Shown here piece by piece: positions 47,470 through 58,516 of a DNA stretch of 64,000 nucleotides. Under the pieces are notes generated by a model. The model searched no databases, was not told where the DNA came from, and saw only the letters and a list, made by a program, of their open reading frames with translations. The DNA is taken from NCBI GenBank assembly GCA_040753435.1, contig JBFMEN010000062.1:6726-70725 (forward strand). The letters are read 5' to 3'. A program made the translations under genes and the position numbers. This DNA comes from Candidatus Omnitrophota bacterium (lineage in GTDB: Bacteria > Omnitrophota > Gorgyraeia > Zapsychrales > JANLHA01). The number at the start of each line of letters is the position of its first letter. The stretch's first letter is position 1.

Positions 47470-49581
47470 ATGAGTAAAAAAATGCGAATTTTACAAATTT
47501 TACCTGAACTTAATGTGGGTGGGGTCGAGACGGGGACTGTCGATTTCGCCAAGTATCTGAAAGAACACGGGCATTACCCTGTTGTGGTTTCAAACGGAGG
47601 GGACCTTGTCAGGGAGCTCACCGATCGCGGGATTCATCACTACAGATTGCCGGTCCATCATAAAAATCCTTTTTCTGCGTTGTCGTGCATCCGAAAGCTT
47701 CGGGAGATCATCCTGGAGGAACACATTGATATTGTCCATGCCCGTTCCAGGGTTCCGGCCTGGATCGCCTTTTTCGCCTGCCGTAAAACGCCCGCCCAGT
47801 TCATCACTACGTGCCATGGCCATTACTCGGTCCAGTTTTTTTCAAGGATAATGTCTTTCTCCAAACTGGTTATCGTGCCAAGCAACGTGATCGGCCGGCA
47901 TATGATGGAGGCTTTTCATGTCCCGGCGGAACATATCAGGTGTATTCCCCGGAGTGTGGATTTGACGCGTTTTAATATTGAACGGGAAGATCATACCGGT
48001 CAAAACCAGATTGTAACCATTGTAGGACGTCTTACTCCATTGAAAGGCCATGTTTATTTTTTAAAAGCCATGGCCAAACTTGTTCGTTCCATGCCCTACG
48101 TTAAGGTGTTGATTGTCGGCGATGCCCCAAAGAAAAAGGAATCTTACCGCAAGGAGCTCGAGGTTTTGACGCGTCACCTCGGTCTTTCCGAGCATGTGGA
48201 ATTTCTGGGCCGACGGAAGGATGTCCCTCAAATTATGGCTGCGAGTGATGTGGTCGTTATGTCGTCGATCGAACCTGAGGCGTTCGGACGGGTTATTATC
48301 GAAGCCCAGGCCGTAGGGACTCCGGTTGTCGCGACGAATGTCGGCGGTATCGTGGAAGTTCTGGAGCATGAGAAGACCGGACTTCTGGTCCTTCCCAAAG
48401 ATCCTGACGCCATGGCGAATGCGGTCATGCGGCTTCTGAATGAAAAAAAATTTGCCAAAGAGATGGCGGCGCGCGCCAGAAAACATCTGGAAGAAAATTA
48501 TACCCTTGACCGCATGGCGGGGCAGACTATCAGTGTGTATGAGGAATTGATGGAACAACTTAATTTATTGGTTATTAAAATGACGGCATTGGGTGACGTT
48601 GTGTTGATCACGGCCTCATTAAAGGCATTGCGACGCAGTTATCCCCGCGCGCGGATCTGCTGTTTAGTGGATGAGTCGTGCAAGGACATTCTGCGGAAAT
48701 GTCCCTATCTTGATGAACTGATTGTTATTGATTTGAAAGGCAGGGACAGAGGCCCTCTTGGAATCTTGAAGGCAGGGTTGCGTCTGACGGGATATCATTT
48801 TGACAAGGTAATTGATTTTCAGAACAATCAGAAAAGCCATTTGCTCGCTGCCATGACCTTTGCTCCGCATATTTACGGTTACCGCAATAAAAAATTAGGT
48901 TTTCTGGTTACCGATCCCGTTGTTAATCCGGATCACGATCTCCCCCCCGTAGAACATCAGTTTAAAGTTCTGAATCTCATGGGGATTAAACCGGACCCGG
49001 AGGATTTACTGGAAATTTATCCTTCTTCAACAGACGTACAAAAGGCCCAGGCCCTGCTGGATTCAGAATGGGTCAGCTCCGGGATGAAGCTGGTCGGAAT
49101 AAACCTTTCGGCGTCATTGAAATGGAAGACGAAGAACTGGCCGTTGAAAAAAATGGCCAGACTCTGTGATTTGATGGCGGCCGAAAATGTGCGCGTAATG
49201 ATTACCGGAACCGGCAAGGATAAAGAGACCGCCGATGAATTGATGCGTCTCACAAAATCCAAACCGGCGAATTTTGTCGGGCGCACCAAGATCAATGAAT
49301 TGGCCGTGTTGATCAGGCGGTGCGATGTTTATATTACCCCGGATTCGTCACCCATGCATTTGGCCGCGGCTGTCGGGACGCCTTTCATTGCCTTGTTCGG
49401 TCCGACTTCGGCCAAGCGCCATCTTCCTCCGAACCGTTCATCGATCGTCATTCAGAGGAAAATGGACTGCGCCCCTTGCTATAACGCCAGGTTCTGCCGG
49501 ATTCTCAATCATGCCTGTATGGAGGACATACGCGAAGAAGAGGTTTTTGAGGCGGTCAAAAAATTGATAAATAGGAAATAG
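47470..49581 (+). CDS. Fusion: GT4 glycosyltransferase + GT9 ADP-heptose:LPS heptosyltransferase
   Basis: N-terminal half MRILQILPELNVGGVETGTVD.. and E-x7-E-type C-terminal GT4 block; second half LLVIKMTALGDVVLITASLKAL.. and ..PDSSPMHLAAAVGTPFIALFGPT.. is heptosyltransferase family. Confidence 0.75.
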   Translation: MSKKMRILQILPELNVGGVETGTVDFAKYLKEHGHYPVVVSNGGDLVRELTDRGIHHYRLPVHHKNPFSALSCIRKLREIILEEHIDIVHARSRVPAWIAFFACRKTPAQFITTCHGHYSVQFFSRIMSFSKLVIVPSNVIGRHMMEAFHVPAEHIRCIPRSVDLTRFNIEREDHTGQNQIVTIVGRLTPLKGHVYFLKAMAKLVRSMPYVKVLIVGDAPKKKESYRKELEVLTRHLGLSEHVEFLGRRKDVPQIMAASDVVVMSSIEPEAFGRVIIEAQAVGTPVVATNVGGIVEVLEHEKTGLLVLPKDPDAMANAVMRLLNEKKFAKEMAARARKHLEENYTLDRMAGQTISVYEELMEQLNLLVIKMTALGDVVLITASLKALRRSYPRARICCLVDESCKDILRKCPYLDELIVIDLKGRDRGPLGILKAGLRLTGYHFDKVIDFQNNQKSHLLAAMTFAPHIYGYRNKKLGFLVTDPVVNPDHDLPPVEHQFKVLNLMGIKPDPEDLLEIYPSSTDVQKAQALLDSEWVSSGMKLVGINLSASLKWKTKNWPLKKMARLCDLMAAENVRVMITGTGKDKETADELMRLTKSKPANFVGRTKINELAVLIRRCDVYITPDSSPMHLAAAVGTPFIALFGPTSAKRHLPPNRSSIVIQRKMDCAPCYNARFCRILNHACMEDIREEEVFEAVKKLINRK

Positions 49582-49654
49582 CGGCGAGGCGGCCTGCTTC
49601 GCCGTAGAACCCAAGGCTGCGCAGAGGGCTGGTTGCCGCTGTGCAAAAGTAAAA

Positions 49655-50803
49655 ATGAAGATCCTTTTTTTAACAACTCATTTTAACACCGGCGGAATCA
49701 CGAATTATATTATGACCCTTTCAAGCCAGATGGTGAGAGACGGTCATCATGTCATTGTCGTCTCGAGCGGGGGAAATTGTGTTGAGGGGTTGGAGGGGCC
49801 GGGCACACGCCATGTCGAGATGAGTATCAGGACTAAATCGGTGTTTTCCCCAAAATTGATTAGGGCTGCATTCCGGATTAAACAACTTATCAGGGATGAG
49901 AACATTGAAATTATTCATGCCAATACCCGGGTGACCCAATGGCTTGCATGTTTGGTCTCTTCCATGACCGGCGTTCCGTATGTTTCAACCTGCCATGGTT
50001 TTTTTCGTCCACGGTTTTTCCGAAAGATTTTTCCCTGCTGGGGCAAAAAAGTCATAGCGATCAGCGATCAGGTGGGTGAGCATTTGACGAAGGACTTTGG
50101 AGTTGATTCCGGGAGGGTCGCCGTTATTCGTAACGGAATAGACCTGGATCGTTTTTCCCCGGTGACGAAAGATGCCAGGCGGGCGCTTCAGATGAAAGCC
50201 GGATTTGACGGGGTCAAAATTATCGGGATCGTGGCGCGGCTGGCTGATGTCAAAGGGCATCATATTTTGATTGACGCTGTCAGGATTATGCGGGGCAGTA
50301 TTCCGCGCATCAGACTTTTGATCGTGGGAGAGGGGAAAGAAGAAACCCGCCTCAGGCGCCAGGTCGAAAAACTCGGGCTTTCCGATATCGTTCTTTTTCA
50401 GCCGATCGTTAACCGGACCAGCGAAATTTTACAGTTACTGGATTGTTTTGTTTCTCCTTCATTGAAGGAGGGGCTGGGGCTGTCTGTTATGGAAGCCCAG
50501 GCTTCAGGACTGCCTGTGGTTGCTTCCAGGACCGGAGGGATCCCGTCGTTAATTGAGGACGGGATAACGGGGGTCCTGGTGGAACCTGGCAATGTCGACA
50601 TGCTCGTAGATAAGATGATTACGGTGCTGAATGACGATGAGTTTTGCGATGCTCTTGCCAGGAACGCCAGACAGAAGGCAGAACGTGAATACGGAGCGGA
50701 AATGATGGCGGAGAAAACCATGGAAGTTTACCAGAGCCTTGGTTCCCGGAATCGCGAACTCAAAAATTCGAAGCGCGAAATGCGAAATTCGAAGGAAATT
50801 TAA
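49655..50803 (+). CDS. Glycosyltransferase family 4
   Basis: MKILFLTTHFNTGGITNY..., EGLGLSVMEAQASGLPVVASRTGGIPSLIEDG block. Confidence 0.8.
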   Translation: MKILFLTTHFNTGGITNYIMTLSSQMVRDGHHVIVVSSGGNCVEGLEGPGTRHVEMSIRTKSVFSPKLIRAAFRIKQLIRDENIEIIHANTRVTQWLACLVSSMTGVPYVSTCHGFFRPRFFRKIFPCWGKKVIAISDQVGEHLTKDFGVDSGRVAVIRNGIDLDRFSPVTKDARRALQMKAGFDGVKIIGIVARLADVKGHHILIDAVRIMRGSIPRIRLLIVGEGKEETRLRRQVEKLGLSDIVLFQPIVNRTSEILQLLDCFVSPSLKEGLGLSVMEAQASGLPVVASRTGGIPSLIEDGITGVLVEPGNVDMLVDKMITVLNDDEFCDALARNARQKAEREYGAEMMAEKTMEVYQSLGSRNRELKNSKREMRNSKEI

Positions 50804-50972
50804 AAGGTAAATGTTTTCAAAGCTCAAAAAATTTTTTCTAAAAATGATTTATGTTTAAATGCCAATATTTCGAATTGCAATTTAGTTTGAACTTTGATAT
50901 TCGGGTTTCGGATTTAACGTCCACAGGCGATATTTGCCACCTGGTTTCCAGATTGGATTAAAGGATGGATTC

Positions 50973-52016
50973 ATGAAAAATATTCTTGTCGTCAATGTCA
51001 ACTGGTTGGGAGATGTTATTTTTTCAACGACCGTATTTAAGGCATTGCGTCTTCAATTTCCTGATGCCAGAATTTGTTGTATGGCTGTTCCGCGAGTCGT
51101 TCCCGTTCTCGAATGCTGCCCTTACGTCGATGAGATTATAGTTTATGATGAGAAAGGGGCTCACCGCTGGCTTTGGCAGAAGTTAAAATTGATCATGAAG
51201 CTGCGGAAATACCACTTTGATGCCGCCTTCCTGCTTCATCGTTCATGGACACGGGCTTTCATGGTTTATCTGGCTGGGGTACGCCAGCGGGTGGGGTATG
51301 ATGTGAAAGATTTGGGAAGATTGCTGACCCGCAAGGTTGATGTTCCCGAAGGAAATATTCATCGGGCGGATTATTACCTGCACGTCATTGAATCATTCGG
51401 GATTCCGGTCACAGACCGGACCATTGAATTGTCCGCGCCGGAAGACGCCAGACGGCAGGTTGACAGTTTCCTCATGCTGAAAGGAATTCGAAAAGATGAT
51501 TTTCTGGCTGTTGTCAACCCGGGAGGAAACTGGCCTTTAAAGCGCTGGCCTAAGGAAAATTTTGCGCTGCTTATCGAACGCATGATCAGGGAGTTGAAGA
51601 TCAGGGTCGTCATTTCCGGTTCCGCGGGAGATGAGGCCCTGGCCGATGAGATCAGGGAGGCGTCGCATGTTGTTCCTTTGGTTATGGCCGGCAAAACTTC
51701 TCTTCCCCAGATTTTCGCGTTAATGAAGCGTGCGAATATTGTCATATCTGCAGATTCAGGTCCAATGCATATGGCTTCGAGCGCAGGGACTCCGACGATA
51801 GCTATTTTCGGACCGACCCGTCCCGAGGTCACCGGACCGAGAGGAAAAGGGGAAGTGATCATACTTCAGAAAGAACTTGAATGCAACAAACAGGCTTGTT
51901 ATAACCTCGATTGCCCGGATAATCGGTGTATGCGGGCAGTAACAGTAGACGAAGTTTTCGACAGGGTGCTGGCATGTTATCAGTCATGGTCCGCGGCCAG
52001 GAAGCAGGGGAGTTGA
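50973..52016 (+). CDS. ADP-heptose:LPS heptosyltransferase (GT9)
   Basis: MKNILVVNVNWLGDVIFSTTVFKAL.. and ..ADSGPMHMASSAGTPTIAIFGPT.. Confidence 0.8.
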   Translation: MKNILVVNVNWLGDVIFSTTVFKALRLQFPDARICCMAVPRVVPVLECCPYVDEIIVYDEKGAHRWLWQKLKLIMKLRKYHFDAAFLLHRSWTRAFMVYLAGVRQRVGYDVKDLGRLLTRKVDVPEGNIHRADYYLHVIESFGIPVTDRTIELSAPEDARRQVDSFLMLKGIRKDDFLAVVNPGGNWPLKRWPKENFALLIERMIRELKIRVVISGSAGDEALADEIREASHVVPLVMAGKTSLPQIFALMKRANIVISADSGPMHMASSAGTPTIAIFGPTRPEVTGPRGKGEVIILQKELECNKQACYNLDCPDNRCMRAVTVDEVFDRVLACYQSWSAARKQGS

Positions 52017-52017
52017 C

Positions 52018-53004
52018 ATGGCGAAAAAAATAAATCCGGATGACGTTAAAAAAGTTCTTGTCATTTCATTATCCAACCTCGGGGACATTATCCTGACATT
52101 TCCCGTGATCGATATTTTGCGTCGTGATTTTGCCCAGGCAGATCTTTCTGTCATGATTGGTCCCAGGGGTAAATCCCTTTTAATAGATAATCCCAAAGTT
52201 GATCATCTTTATATTTATGACAAGCACATGGGATTGCGAAACAAGATCCGATGGATCGCTCAGCTGCGGAAAGAGAAGTTTGATTTGATCGTTGATTTGC
52301 GGCATGGGATTCTACCGCTTATTTTAAGAACAAAATACCGGACGCCTTTGATCAGACGGCGAATCCTTGACGAGCATTACCGTGACCAACACTTGAGGTA
52401 CCTGTATGCCGTTCATCCCGCCCATTTATCCAATGAGCGCTATGCGTTTTATCCCCTGGAAAAAGATGTGGATTCTGTCAAGTCAATCCTGCGCGAACAC
52501 TTCCAGCCCGAGGATCCGATCGCCGTGATGGCTCCCGGTGCGGCAGATCACCGTAAACGATGGACCGAAGACGGTTTCGCGAAAGTCGCCGATCAGCTTG
52601 CCCAACAAAAGGGATTGCATATTGTTTTTGTCGGAAGCGAAAACGATTCGCCGATCATCTCAAGAATCATGGCCAGGATGCAGCGATCGGCCCTTGATTT
52701 AAGCGGAAAGATCTCTTTCCCCCAGACTGGAATTATCATGCGGCTTGCAAAGATTGTTATCGCCAACGACAGTTCTGCCATGCATCTGGCGAGTTATCTG
52801 GGCGTTCCGCTTATTGCTTTATATGGGCCTACTAATCCGGTTAAGAGCGGGCCGTGGGGGAATTGGTCGGGATTTATCCAGCATAATGAAGACTGCATGG
52901 CCTGTTGTGAAAAGATTCCTGATGCCGAACATTCCTGCATGAATGCGATTCAGCCCGCTGAAGTGATTGCGATGGCTGAGCGTTTGATGAACCCCAGTTT
53001 TTAA
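52018..53004 (+). CDS. ADP-heptose:LPS heptosyltransferase (GT9)
   Basis: ..KKVLVISLSNLGDIILTFPVIDIL.. and ..NDSSAMHLASYLGVPLIALYGPT.. Confidence 0.8.
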   Translation: MAKKINPDDVKKVLVISLSNLGDIILTFPVIDILRRDFAQADLSVMIGPRGKSLLIDNPKVDHLYIYDKHMGLRNKIRWIAQLRKEKFDLIVDLRHGILPLILRTKYRTPLIRRRILDEHYRDQHLRYLYAVHPAHLSNERYAFYPLEKDVDSVKSILREHFQPEDPIAVMAPGAADHRKRWTEDGFAKVADQLAQQKGLHIVFVGSENDSPIISRIMARMQRSALDLSGKISFPQTGIIMRLAKIVIANDSSAMHLASYLGVPLIALYGPTNPVKSGPWGNWSGFIQHNEDCMACCEKIPDAEHSCMNAIQPAEVIAMAERLMNPSF

Positions 53005-53148
53005 CATGTAATATTTAATTAAATCTCAAATTCTAAAACATAAATTTTCAACAAATTCAGAATAAAAAACTAACGTTTTAACTTTGAACCTGGAATTTTT
53101 AAAACAGATTATTTAAAGAGCATATTTAATGAGGGGTTTGATATTCAA

Positions 53149-54183
53149 ATGAAGAAAATTCTGCTTATCAGGACGGACCGGATCGGCGATGTGATCCTGA
53201 CCCTGCCCGCCGTCCATACCTTGCGGGAACAAATGCCGGGGGCGAAAATCTCAATGCTGATTTCCCCGTTGACATTAGATCTGGTTTCCGGGCATCCAGA
53301 TATCGACGAGGTCCTGATCGATGATAAAGATGGCCGGCACAAAGGCGTTCGCGGATTTTTGAAATTGGTTGAGGAAATCCGGAGCAAAGAGTTCGCTGTC
53401 GTGATCAATTTTCATACCAAAAAACGGACCAACCTGTTATGTTTTTTGTCCGGGATTCCCCATCGTATTGGTTATCGGAATGAGAAGTTCGGTTTTCTGC
53501 TTACAGAGAAAATTCCGGATGTCCGTCCTCAAGGGAAAAAACATGAGTCGGAGTACTGTTTTGACCTGTTAAAGCCGTTAGGAATATCGACGGGAACGCT
53601 CACTATGTCCCTTCCTTATCAAGAGAGCGCGGAACAATGGGCGGCCGGCTTTTTTCAACAGCTGGGAGTGAAGACAAAGGGTTTAAAATATGTCGCTCTT
53701 CATTTAGGCGCCAGCTGTCCGACCAAGCGATGGCCGGTCATGAATTTTGCCGCGCTTGTCAGAAATATTTATGACAGGCATCCGGTTCAATTTATTTTAA
53801 TCGGAACCATGGATCAGAAGCCACTGGTCGTGGAATTGAAGCGAATTGTGCCGCACGTACCGTTTGAAGACCTGTCCGGGAAACTTTCCCTGTCAAAGAC
53901 GGTGTCGGTAATCAAGCGTTGCGATCTTTTGATCTCAAATGATTCCGGTCCAGTGCACATTGCGGCCGCGGCCGGAACGCCAGTTGTTTCCATCTTTACG
54001 CGAAATCAACCTGGAATTAACCCTGGAAGATGGCGTCCTTTAGGTCCTTGTTCTGTTTTTGTGGCTCCTCCTCAAGATATGAGTATTTCCTTTGCCAAAG
54101 GAGAGGTCCGGGATGACAGATTTCTATATTGTATTACGCCTGAACAAGTTTTGACTGTTGTTGACGCTGTTTTACAAGTGTGA
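53149..54183 (+). CDS. ADP-heptose:LPS heptosyltransferase (GT9)
   Basis: MKKILLIRTDRIGDVILTLPAVHTL.. and ..NDSGPVHIAAAAGTPVVSIF.. Confidence 0.8.
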   Translation: MKKILLIRTDRIGDVILTLPAVHTLREQMPGAKISMLISPLTLDLVSGHPDIDEVLIDDKDGRHKGVRGFLKLVEEIRSKEFAVVINFHTKKRTNLLCFLSGIPHRIGYRNEKFGFLLTEKIPDVRPQGKKHESEYCFDLLKPLGISTGTLTMSLPYQESAEQWAAGFFQQLGVKTKGLKYVALHLGASCPTKRWPVMNFAALVRNIYDRHPVQFILIGTMDQKPLVVELKRIVPHVPFEDLSGKLSLSKTVSVIKRCDLLISNDSGPVHIAAAAGTPVVSIFTRNQPGINPGRWRPLGPCSVFVAPPQDMSISFAKGEVRDDRFLYCITPEQVLTVVDAVLQV

Positions 54184-54272
54184 TAAAATCAGCTCCTCTT
54201 TTAAGTACTATTCTAATTTATAGAGTAATTTCCAGGAATTTTCCTATAAGTTTTCCCTGAAAGGAGGGACTT

Positions 54273-55295
54273 TTGAGCACGTATAAAGGCATTATTGCCA
54301 AATTCAAGACGAAAAAAGTCCTTGTTGTAGGTGATATTATTCTGGACCGGTATATTCAAGGCAGCGTTTCGCGGATTTCTCCCGAAGCCCCTGTCCCTAT
54401 CGTTTTAGAAGAAAAATCAAGCTATCAGCCTGGCGGGGCGGCTAATGTCGGTCATAATCTGGCTGTTTTAGGGGCTGAAGTTGTGCAAGTTGGCAGAATC
54501 GGCAGTGATTTCGAAGGCCAATTATTGAAAAGGGCGATTAAGAATAAAGATATTGACATCAGCGGGATTTTTATTGACAAGCATGTCTCCACAATCACCA
54601 AGACCCGTGTGATTGCCCAACATCAGCAGGTTGTCCGAATCGACAAAGAGGATTCGGGCGCGGATATTCAGGACCCGTTGCTGAATAAGATTAAATCTTT
54701 TCTGCAAGACAAGATTAACAAGGTTGATGCTGTTATCATTTCAGATTACGGGAAGGGAATGATCACTCCGGAGTTGGTTACAGTGGTCACAAGCATGGCG
54801 ATACAAAATGGGATCCCGGTGACGGTGGATCCGAAAGTGGAACATTTTGGTTGTTATAAGCGTGTTACCTGCATTACGCCCAATTTAAAAGAAGCCGAGA
54901 ATGCGATCAGAAATATAAAAATACGGGAAGATGACGGACATATTTTGGGTTTGAATAATGATAAGCTGATGACAATGGAAGATATTGAAACGGCCGGCGA
55001 CCGTTTATTAAAATATTTGAACTCGGAAGCTCTCCTTATAACGCTGGGGGAACAGGGTATGCGGCTTTTTGAAAAAGGAAGGAAACCTTACGGAATCGAG
55101 ACCAAGGCACAGGAGGTCTTTGATGTGACTGGAGCGGGAGACGCTGTTATTTCTGTTTTTACATTGGCCTTAACCGCAGGGGCAACGAGACGCCAGGCGG
55201 CGGAATTGGCTAACTATGCCGCAGGTATCGTGGTTGGAAAGATGGGGGCGGCCGCAGCGACGCCGACCGAAATTTTACAGGCTGTTAAAGCTTGA
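54273..55295 (+). CDS. D-beta-D-heptose 7-phosphate kinase (HldE kinase domain / RfaE domain I; PfkB family)
   Basis: VLVVGDIILDRYIQGSVSRISPEAPVPIV..GGAANV.. and C-terminal DVTGAGDA; stand-alone kinase without the adenylyltransferase domain. Confidence 0.8.
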   Translation: MSTYKGIIAKFKTKKVLVVGDIILDRYIQGSVSRISPEAPVPIVLEEKSSYQPGGAANVGHNLAVLGAEVVQVGRIGSDFEGQLLKRAIKNKDIDISGIFIDKHVSTITKTRVIAQHQQVVRIDKEDSGADIQDPLLNKIKSFLQDKINKVDAVIISDYGKGMITPELVTVVTSMAIQNGIPVTVDPKVEHFGCYKRVTCITPNLKEAENAIRNIKIREDDGHILGLNNDKLMTMEDIETAGDRLLKYLNSEALLITLGEQGMRLFEKGRKPYGIETKAQEVFDVTGAGDAVISVFTLALTAGATRRQAAELANYAAGIVVGKMGAAAATPTEILQAVKA

Positions 55296-55365
55296 GACAA
55301 GGTCACCGGATCATCGGTATTTACCTATGAGATATTACTGGTGACAGATGATGTTGAGGGAGTTT

Positions 55366-56115
55366 ATGAAGACAAAAGCAATCGGCGTTATTCCGGCACG
55401 TTGGGCTTCTACGCGTTTTCCCGGAAAGGTTCTGGCGGACCTGAACGGCAAGCCGATGATTTATTATGTTTGGCGGCAGGCCAGGAAGTCGTCGCTGCTT
55501 CAAGATGTCATTATTGCCTGCGATGCGGAGCATGTTGAGAAAGCGTGCAAGGCCTTTGGGGCGAAAGCCGTCATGACTTCTTCGGAGCACCAGTCAGGGA
55601 CGGACAGGATTGCCGAGGCAGTCAGAAATGTGGATGCAGATATCGTTGTCAATATTCAGGGGGATGAACCGTTAATTTCTCCCGATGTTATTGACAGGCT
55701 TGCAGCGGAGTTAATAAATGCCGACAAACATTGCCCGGTGGCTACGGTAATTAAGCGGATTGATGATGAGGCGGATGTTGCGAACCCCAATGTCGTAAAG
55801 GTTGTCGTCGACTGTAATGGTTATGCCCTGTATTTTTCACGTCATGGAATTCCGTATCATCGATCAAGAAAAGAATGGGGAAGTGGTACTGTCTATTTCA
55901 AGCATTTGGGGATTTATGCCTACCGGAAGAATTTTTTGATGGGCTTTCATTCACTGCCTGTTTCATTTTTGGAAGAAGCCGAGAAACTGGAACAGCTCCG
56001 GGTTCTTGAAGCCGGGCTGAAGATTAAAACTATCACCACCGAAAGTGAGACTCTCGGAGTGGATACACCCGAAGATCTTGAGCGGGTAGCCAGGGTACTA
56101 AAGGAAGACCAATAA
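55366..56115 (+). CDS. kdsB: 3-deoxy-manno-octulosonate cytidylyltransferase (CMP-Kdo synthetase)
   Basis: [32 protein letters not shown].. and NIQGDEP. Confidence 0.85.
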   Translation: MKTKAIGVIPARWASTRFPGKVLADLNGKPMIYYVWRQARKSSLLQDVIIACDAEHVEKACKAFGAKAVMTSSEHQSGTDRIAEAVRNVDADIVVNIQGDEPLISPDVIDRLAAELINADKHCPVATVIKRIDDEADVANPNVVKVVVDCNGYALYFSRHGIPYHRSRKEWGSGTVYFKHLGIYAYRKNFLMGFHSLPVSFLEEAEKLEQLRVLEAGLKIKTITTESETLGVDTPEDLERVARVLKEDQ

Positions 56116-56984
56116 TGAAAATGACAAAGATGATTAAAGTAAACGACGTGGTGTTTGGGGGAAATCATCCTTTTGTGCTGATTGCCGGCCCTTGTGTGAT
56201 CGAGGGGAAAAAGATTGTTTTTGAGATAGCTGAATATCTCAAGGATGTGACGACACGGCTCAAAATCCCGTTTGTTTTTAAGGCGAGTTTTGACAAGGCC
56301 AACCGGACATCATTAAAATCCTTTCGCGGCCCCGGGCTGGACAAGGGATTGGATATTCTGGCCGCGGTCAAAAAAACATTTGATGTGCCCATCCTGACGG
56401 ATATTCATCTGCCGGAGCAGGCCCAACCCGCCGCAGGTATCGCCGATATTTTGCAGATTCCAGCGTTTCTGTGCCGTCAGACAGACCTGTTAACAGCGGT
56501 GGCTAAAACAAAGAAGGTCGTGAACATTAAAAAAGGGCAATTCATGGCCCCCTGGGATATGAAGGAGGCGGTCGCGAAGGTCGCTGACAGCGGGAACAAA
56601 AATATTTTACTGACCGACCGCGGGGTTTCTTTTGGTTATAACACACTCGTTTCGGATCTGCGCGGTCTTGCCATTATGCGCGAGACTGGATATCCGGTTA
56701 TTTTTGACGCGACCCACAGTGTTCAACAGCCAGGCGGACAGGGGGCGACTTCGGGAGGGCAAAAAGAATTTGTGCCTTTGCTGTCGCGGGCGGCCGTTGC
56801 GGCGGGATGTGACGGGCTTTTTATGGAGGTTCATCCTGACCCGGATAAGGCGAAATCCGACGGCCCGAATATGCTGGCCCTGGACTCGCTGGAAGATCTT
56901 TTGATCGATGTAATTGCGATTGATACAATCGTGAAACGAAGAGCACATGTGCTCCAGAGTTCATGTGCACATGAAAAACCTTGA
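56115..56984 (+). CDS. kdsA: 2-dehydro-3-deoxyphosphooctonate aldolase (Kdo-8-P synthase)
   Basis: ..[11 protein letters not shown].., [26 protein letters not shown] blocks. Confidence 0.9.
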   Translation: MKMTKMIKVNDVVFGGNHPFVLIAGPCVIEGKKIVFEIAEYLKDVTTRLKIPFVFKASFDKANRTSLKSFRGPGLDKGLDILAAVKKTFDVPILTDIHLPEQAQPAAGIADILQIPAFLCRQTDLLTAVAKTKKVVNIKKGQFMAPWDMKEAVAKVADSGNKNILLTDRGVSFGYNTLVSDLRGLAIMRETGYPVIFDATHSVQQPGGQGATSGGQKEFVPLLSRAAVAAGCDGLFMEVHPDPDKAKSDGPNMLALDSLEDLLIDVIAIDTIVKRRAHVLQSSCAHEKP

Positions 56985-57038
56985 GTCACTTGCGCGCCTG
57001 CGCTCCGGTGCTCTTGTGCCCTTTCAAAAGGACAAATT

Positions 57039-57998
57039 ATGTCACTTGCTTACGCAAAAAAGCTGATCCTCACCGAAGCCGAGGCTGTGAAGACTTTGGT
57101 TAATAAACTCGACAAAAATTTTTTAAAGGCCCTGGATTTGATTGCCAAATCAAAAGGACGCCTGATCGTTGCCGGGATGGGCAAGACGGGGATTATCGGC
57201 CGGAAGATAGCGGCCACGCTGTCGTCGACGGGTACGCCCAGTATTTTTATGCACAGCGCCGAAGCCGTTCACGGAGATCTGGGGCAGGTAACCAGGGATG
57301 ATATCGTCATCATCATTTCGACCAGCGGTGAAACAGAAGAAACAACGCGGCTTGCCCCGTTGTTAAAAAAGATCGGGGCCACGACCATTGCCGTTACCGG
57401 TAACCCGAAATCGACGCTGGCGAAATCCTGTGATGTTATCCTTGATGTGGGAGTGGCACGCGAAGGCTGTCCGCTGGGTGTGGCTCCAATGGCTTCTACC
57501 ACAACGACATTAGTGCTGGGGGATGCCCTGGCTGCCTGTTTGATTATCCGAAAAAATTTTCGAAAAGAGGATTTTGCCTTTTATCATCCCGGAGGGTCTC
57601 TTGGCAGACAACTGTACCTCAAGGTTGAAGATATTATGAGGAAAGGCGGAAATTACCCGCTTGCCAGGGCAAACACCAGGATTAAAGACGTGCTGGTCGC
57701 CATTACAAAGGCCAGATGCGGCTCCGCCTGCGTAGTTGACGGGAAGGGGAAACTGATCGGGATTTTAACGGACGGCGATATCCGCCGGCATTTTGAGCAT
57801 GAGGATATCTTTCTGACACAGAAGGTCAGTGAGGTCATGACCAAGGGACCGGCAACCATTAATCAATCCGAGCTTGCGGTTGAAGCGTTTCATCTGTTGA
57901 AAGAACGGAAGATTGATGAGCTGCCGGTCATTGATGATCATGGAAAATCAGTCGGGCTTCTTGATATTCAGGATCTTTTGAGGGCGGGACTATTTTAA
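57039..57998 (+). CDS. kdsD: Arabinose-5-phosphate isomerase (SIS + tandem CBS)
   Basis: SIS domain GRLIVAGMGKTGIIGRKIAATLSSTGTPS and C-terminal CBS pair. Confidence 0.85.
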   Translation: MSLAYAKKLILTEAEAVKTLVNKLDKNFLKALDLIAKSKGRLIVAGMGKTGIIGRKIAATLSSTGTPSIFMHSAEAVHGDLGQVTRDDIVIIISTSGETEETTRLAPLLKKIGATTIAVTGNPKSTLAKSCDVILDVGVAREGCPLGVAPMASTTTTLVLGDALAACLIIRKNFRKEDFAFYHPGGSLGRQLYLKVEDIMRKGGNYPLARANTRIKDVLVAITKARCGSACVVDGKGKLIGILTDGDIRRHFEHEDIFLTQKVSEVMTKGPATINQSELAVEAFHLLKERKIDELPVIDDHGKSVGLLDIQDLLRAGLF

Positions 57999-58015
57999 TC
58001 AGGAGGGATCAGGAC

Positions 58016-58516
58016 ATGAATGATCTGCTGAAAAAAATCAAGGTTCTGATTATGGATGTGGACGGGGTGCTGACAGACGGTAAAATCGTTCTTGATTCGA
58101 ACGGGAACGAATTAAAATTTTTTTGTGTTAAAGACGGATTCGGGTTGACGCGGTGGCGCAGTCACGGGAAGCACACGGCCATTATTTCCGCACGTTTTTC
58201 AAAATCCGTCGAACTGAGGGCTGAAATGCTCGGAATCGATCTGGTGTTTCAGAGCGCCGACCGGAAAGAAGACTATTATCAAAAAGTTCTTCAGACCTTT
58301 GGAGTAAGCGACGGACAGGTTTGTTATATCGGCGACGATCTGAAAGATATCCCGGTGATGCGTCGGGCCGGTTTGGGGGTTGCTGTCGCCAATGCATCCG
58401 CCGAAACAAAGGCGGCGGCGAATTATGTTACTGCGGCGAACGGCGGAAACGGGGCCGTTCGAGAAGTCATTGAGATGATTTTAAAAGCGCAAAATTTATG
58501 GAAGCTTGAGCCATGA
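58016..58516 (+). CDS. kdsC: 3-deoxy-D-manno-octulosonate 8-phosphate phosphatase (HAD)
   Basis: IKVLIMDVDGVLTDGKI.. and ..YIGDDLKDIPVMRRAGLGVAVANA.. Confidence 0.85.
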   Translation: MNDLLKKIKVLIMDVDGVLTDGKIVLDSNGNELKFFCVKDGFGLTRWRSHGKHTAIISARFSKSVELRAEMLGIDLVFQSADRKEDYYQKVLQTFGVSDGQVCYIGDDLKDIPVMRRAGLGVAVANASAETKAAANYVTAANGGNGAVREVIEMILKAQNLWKLEP

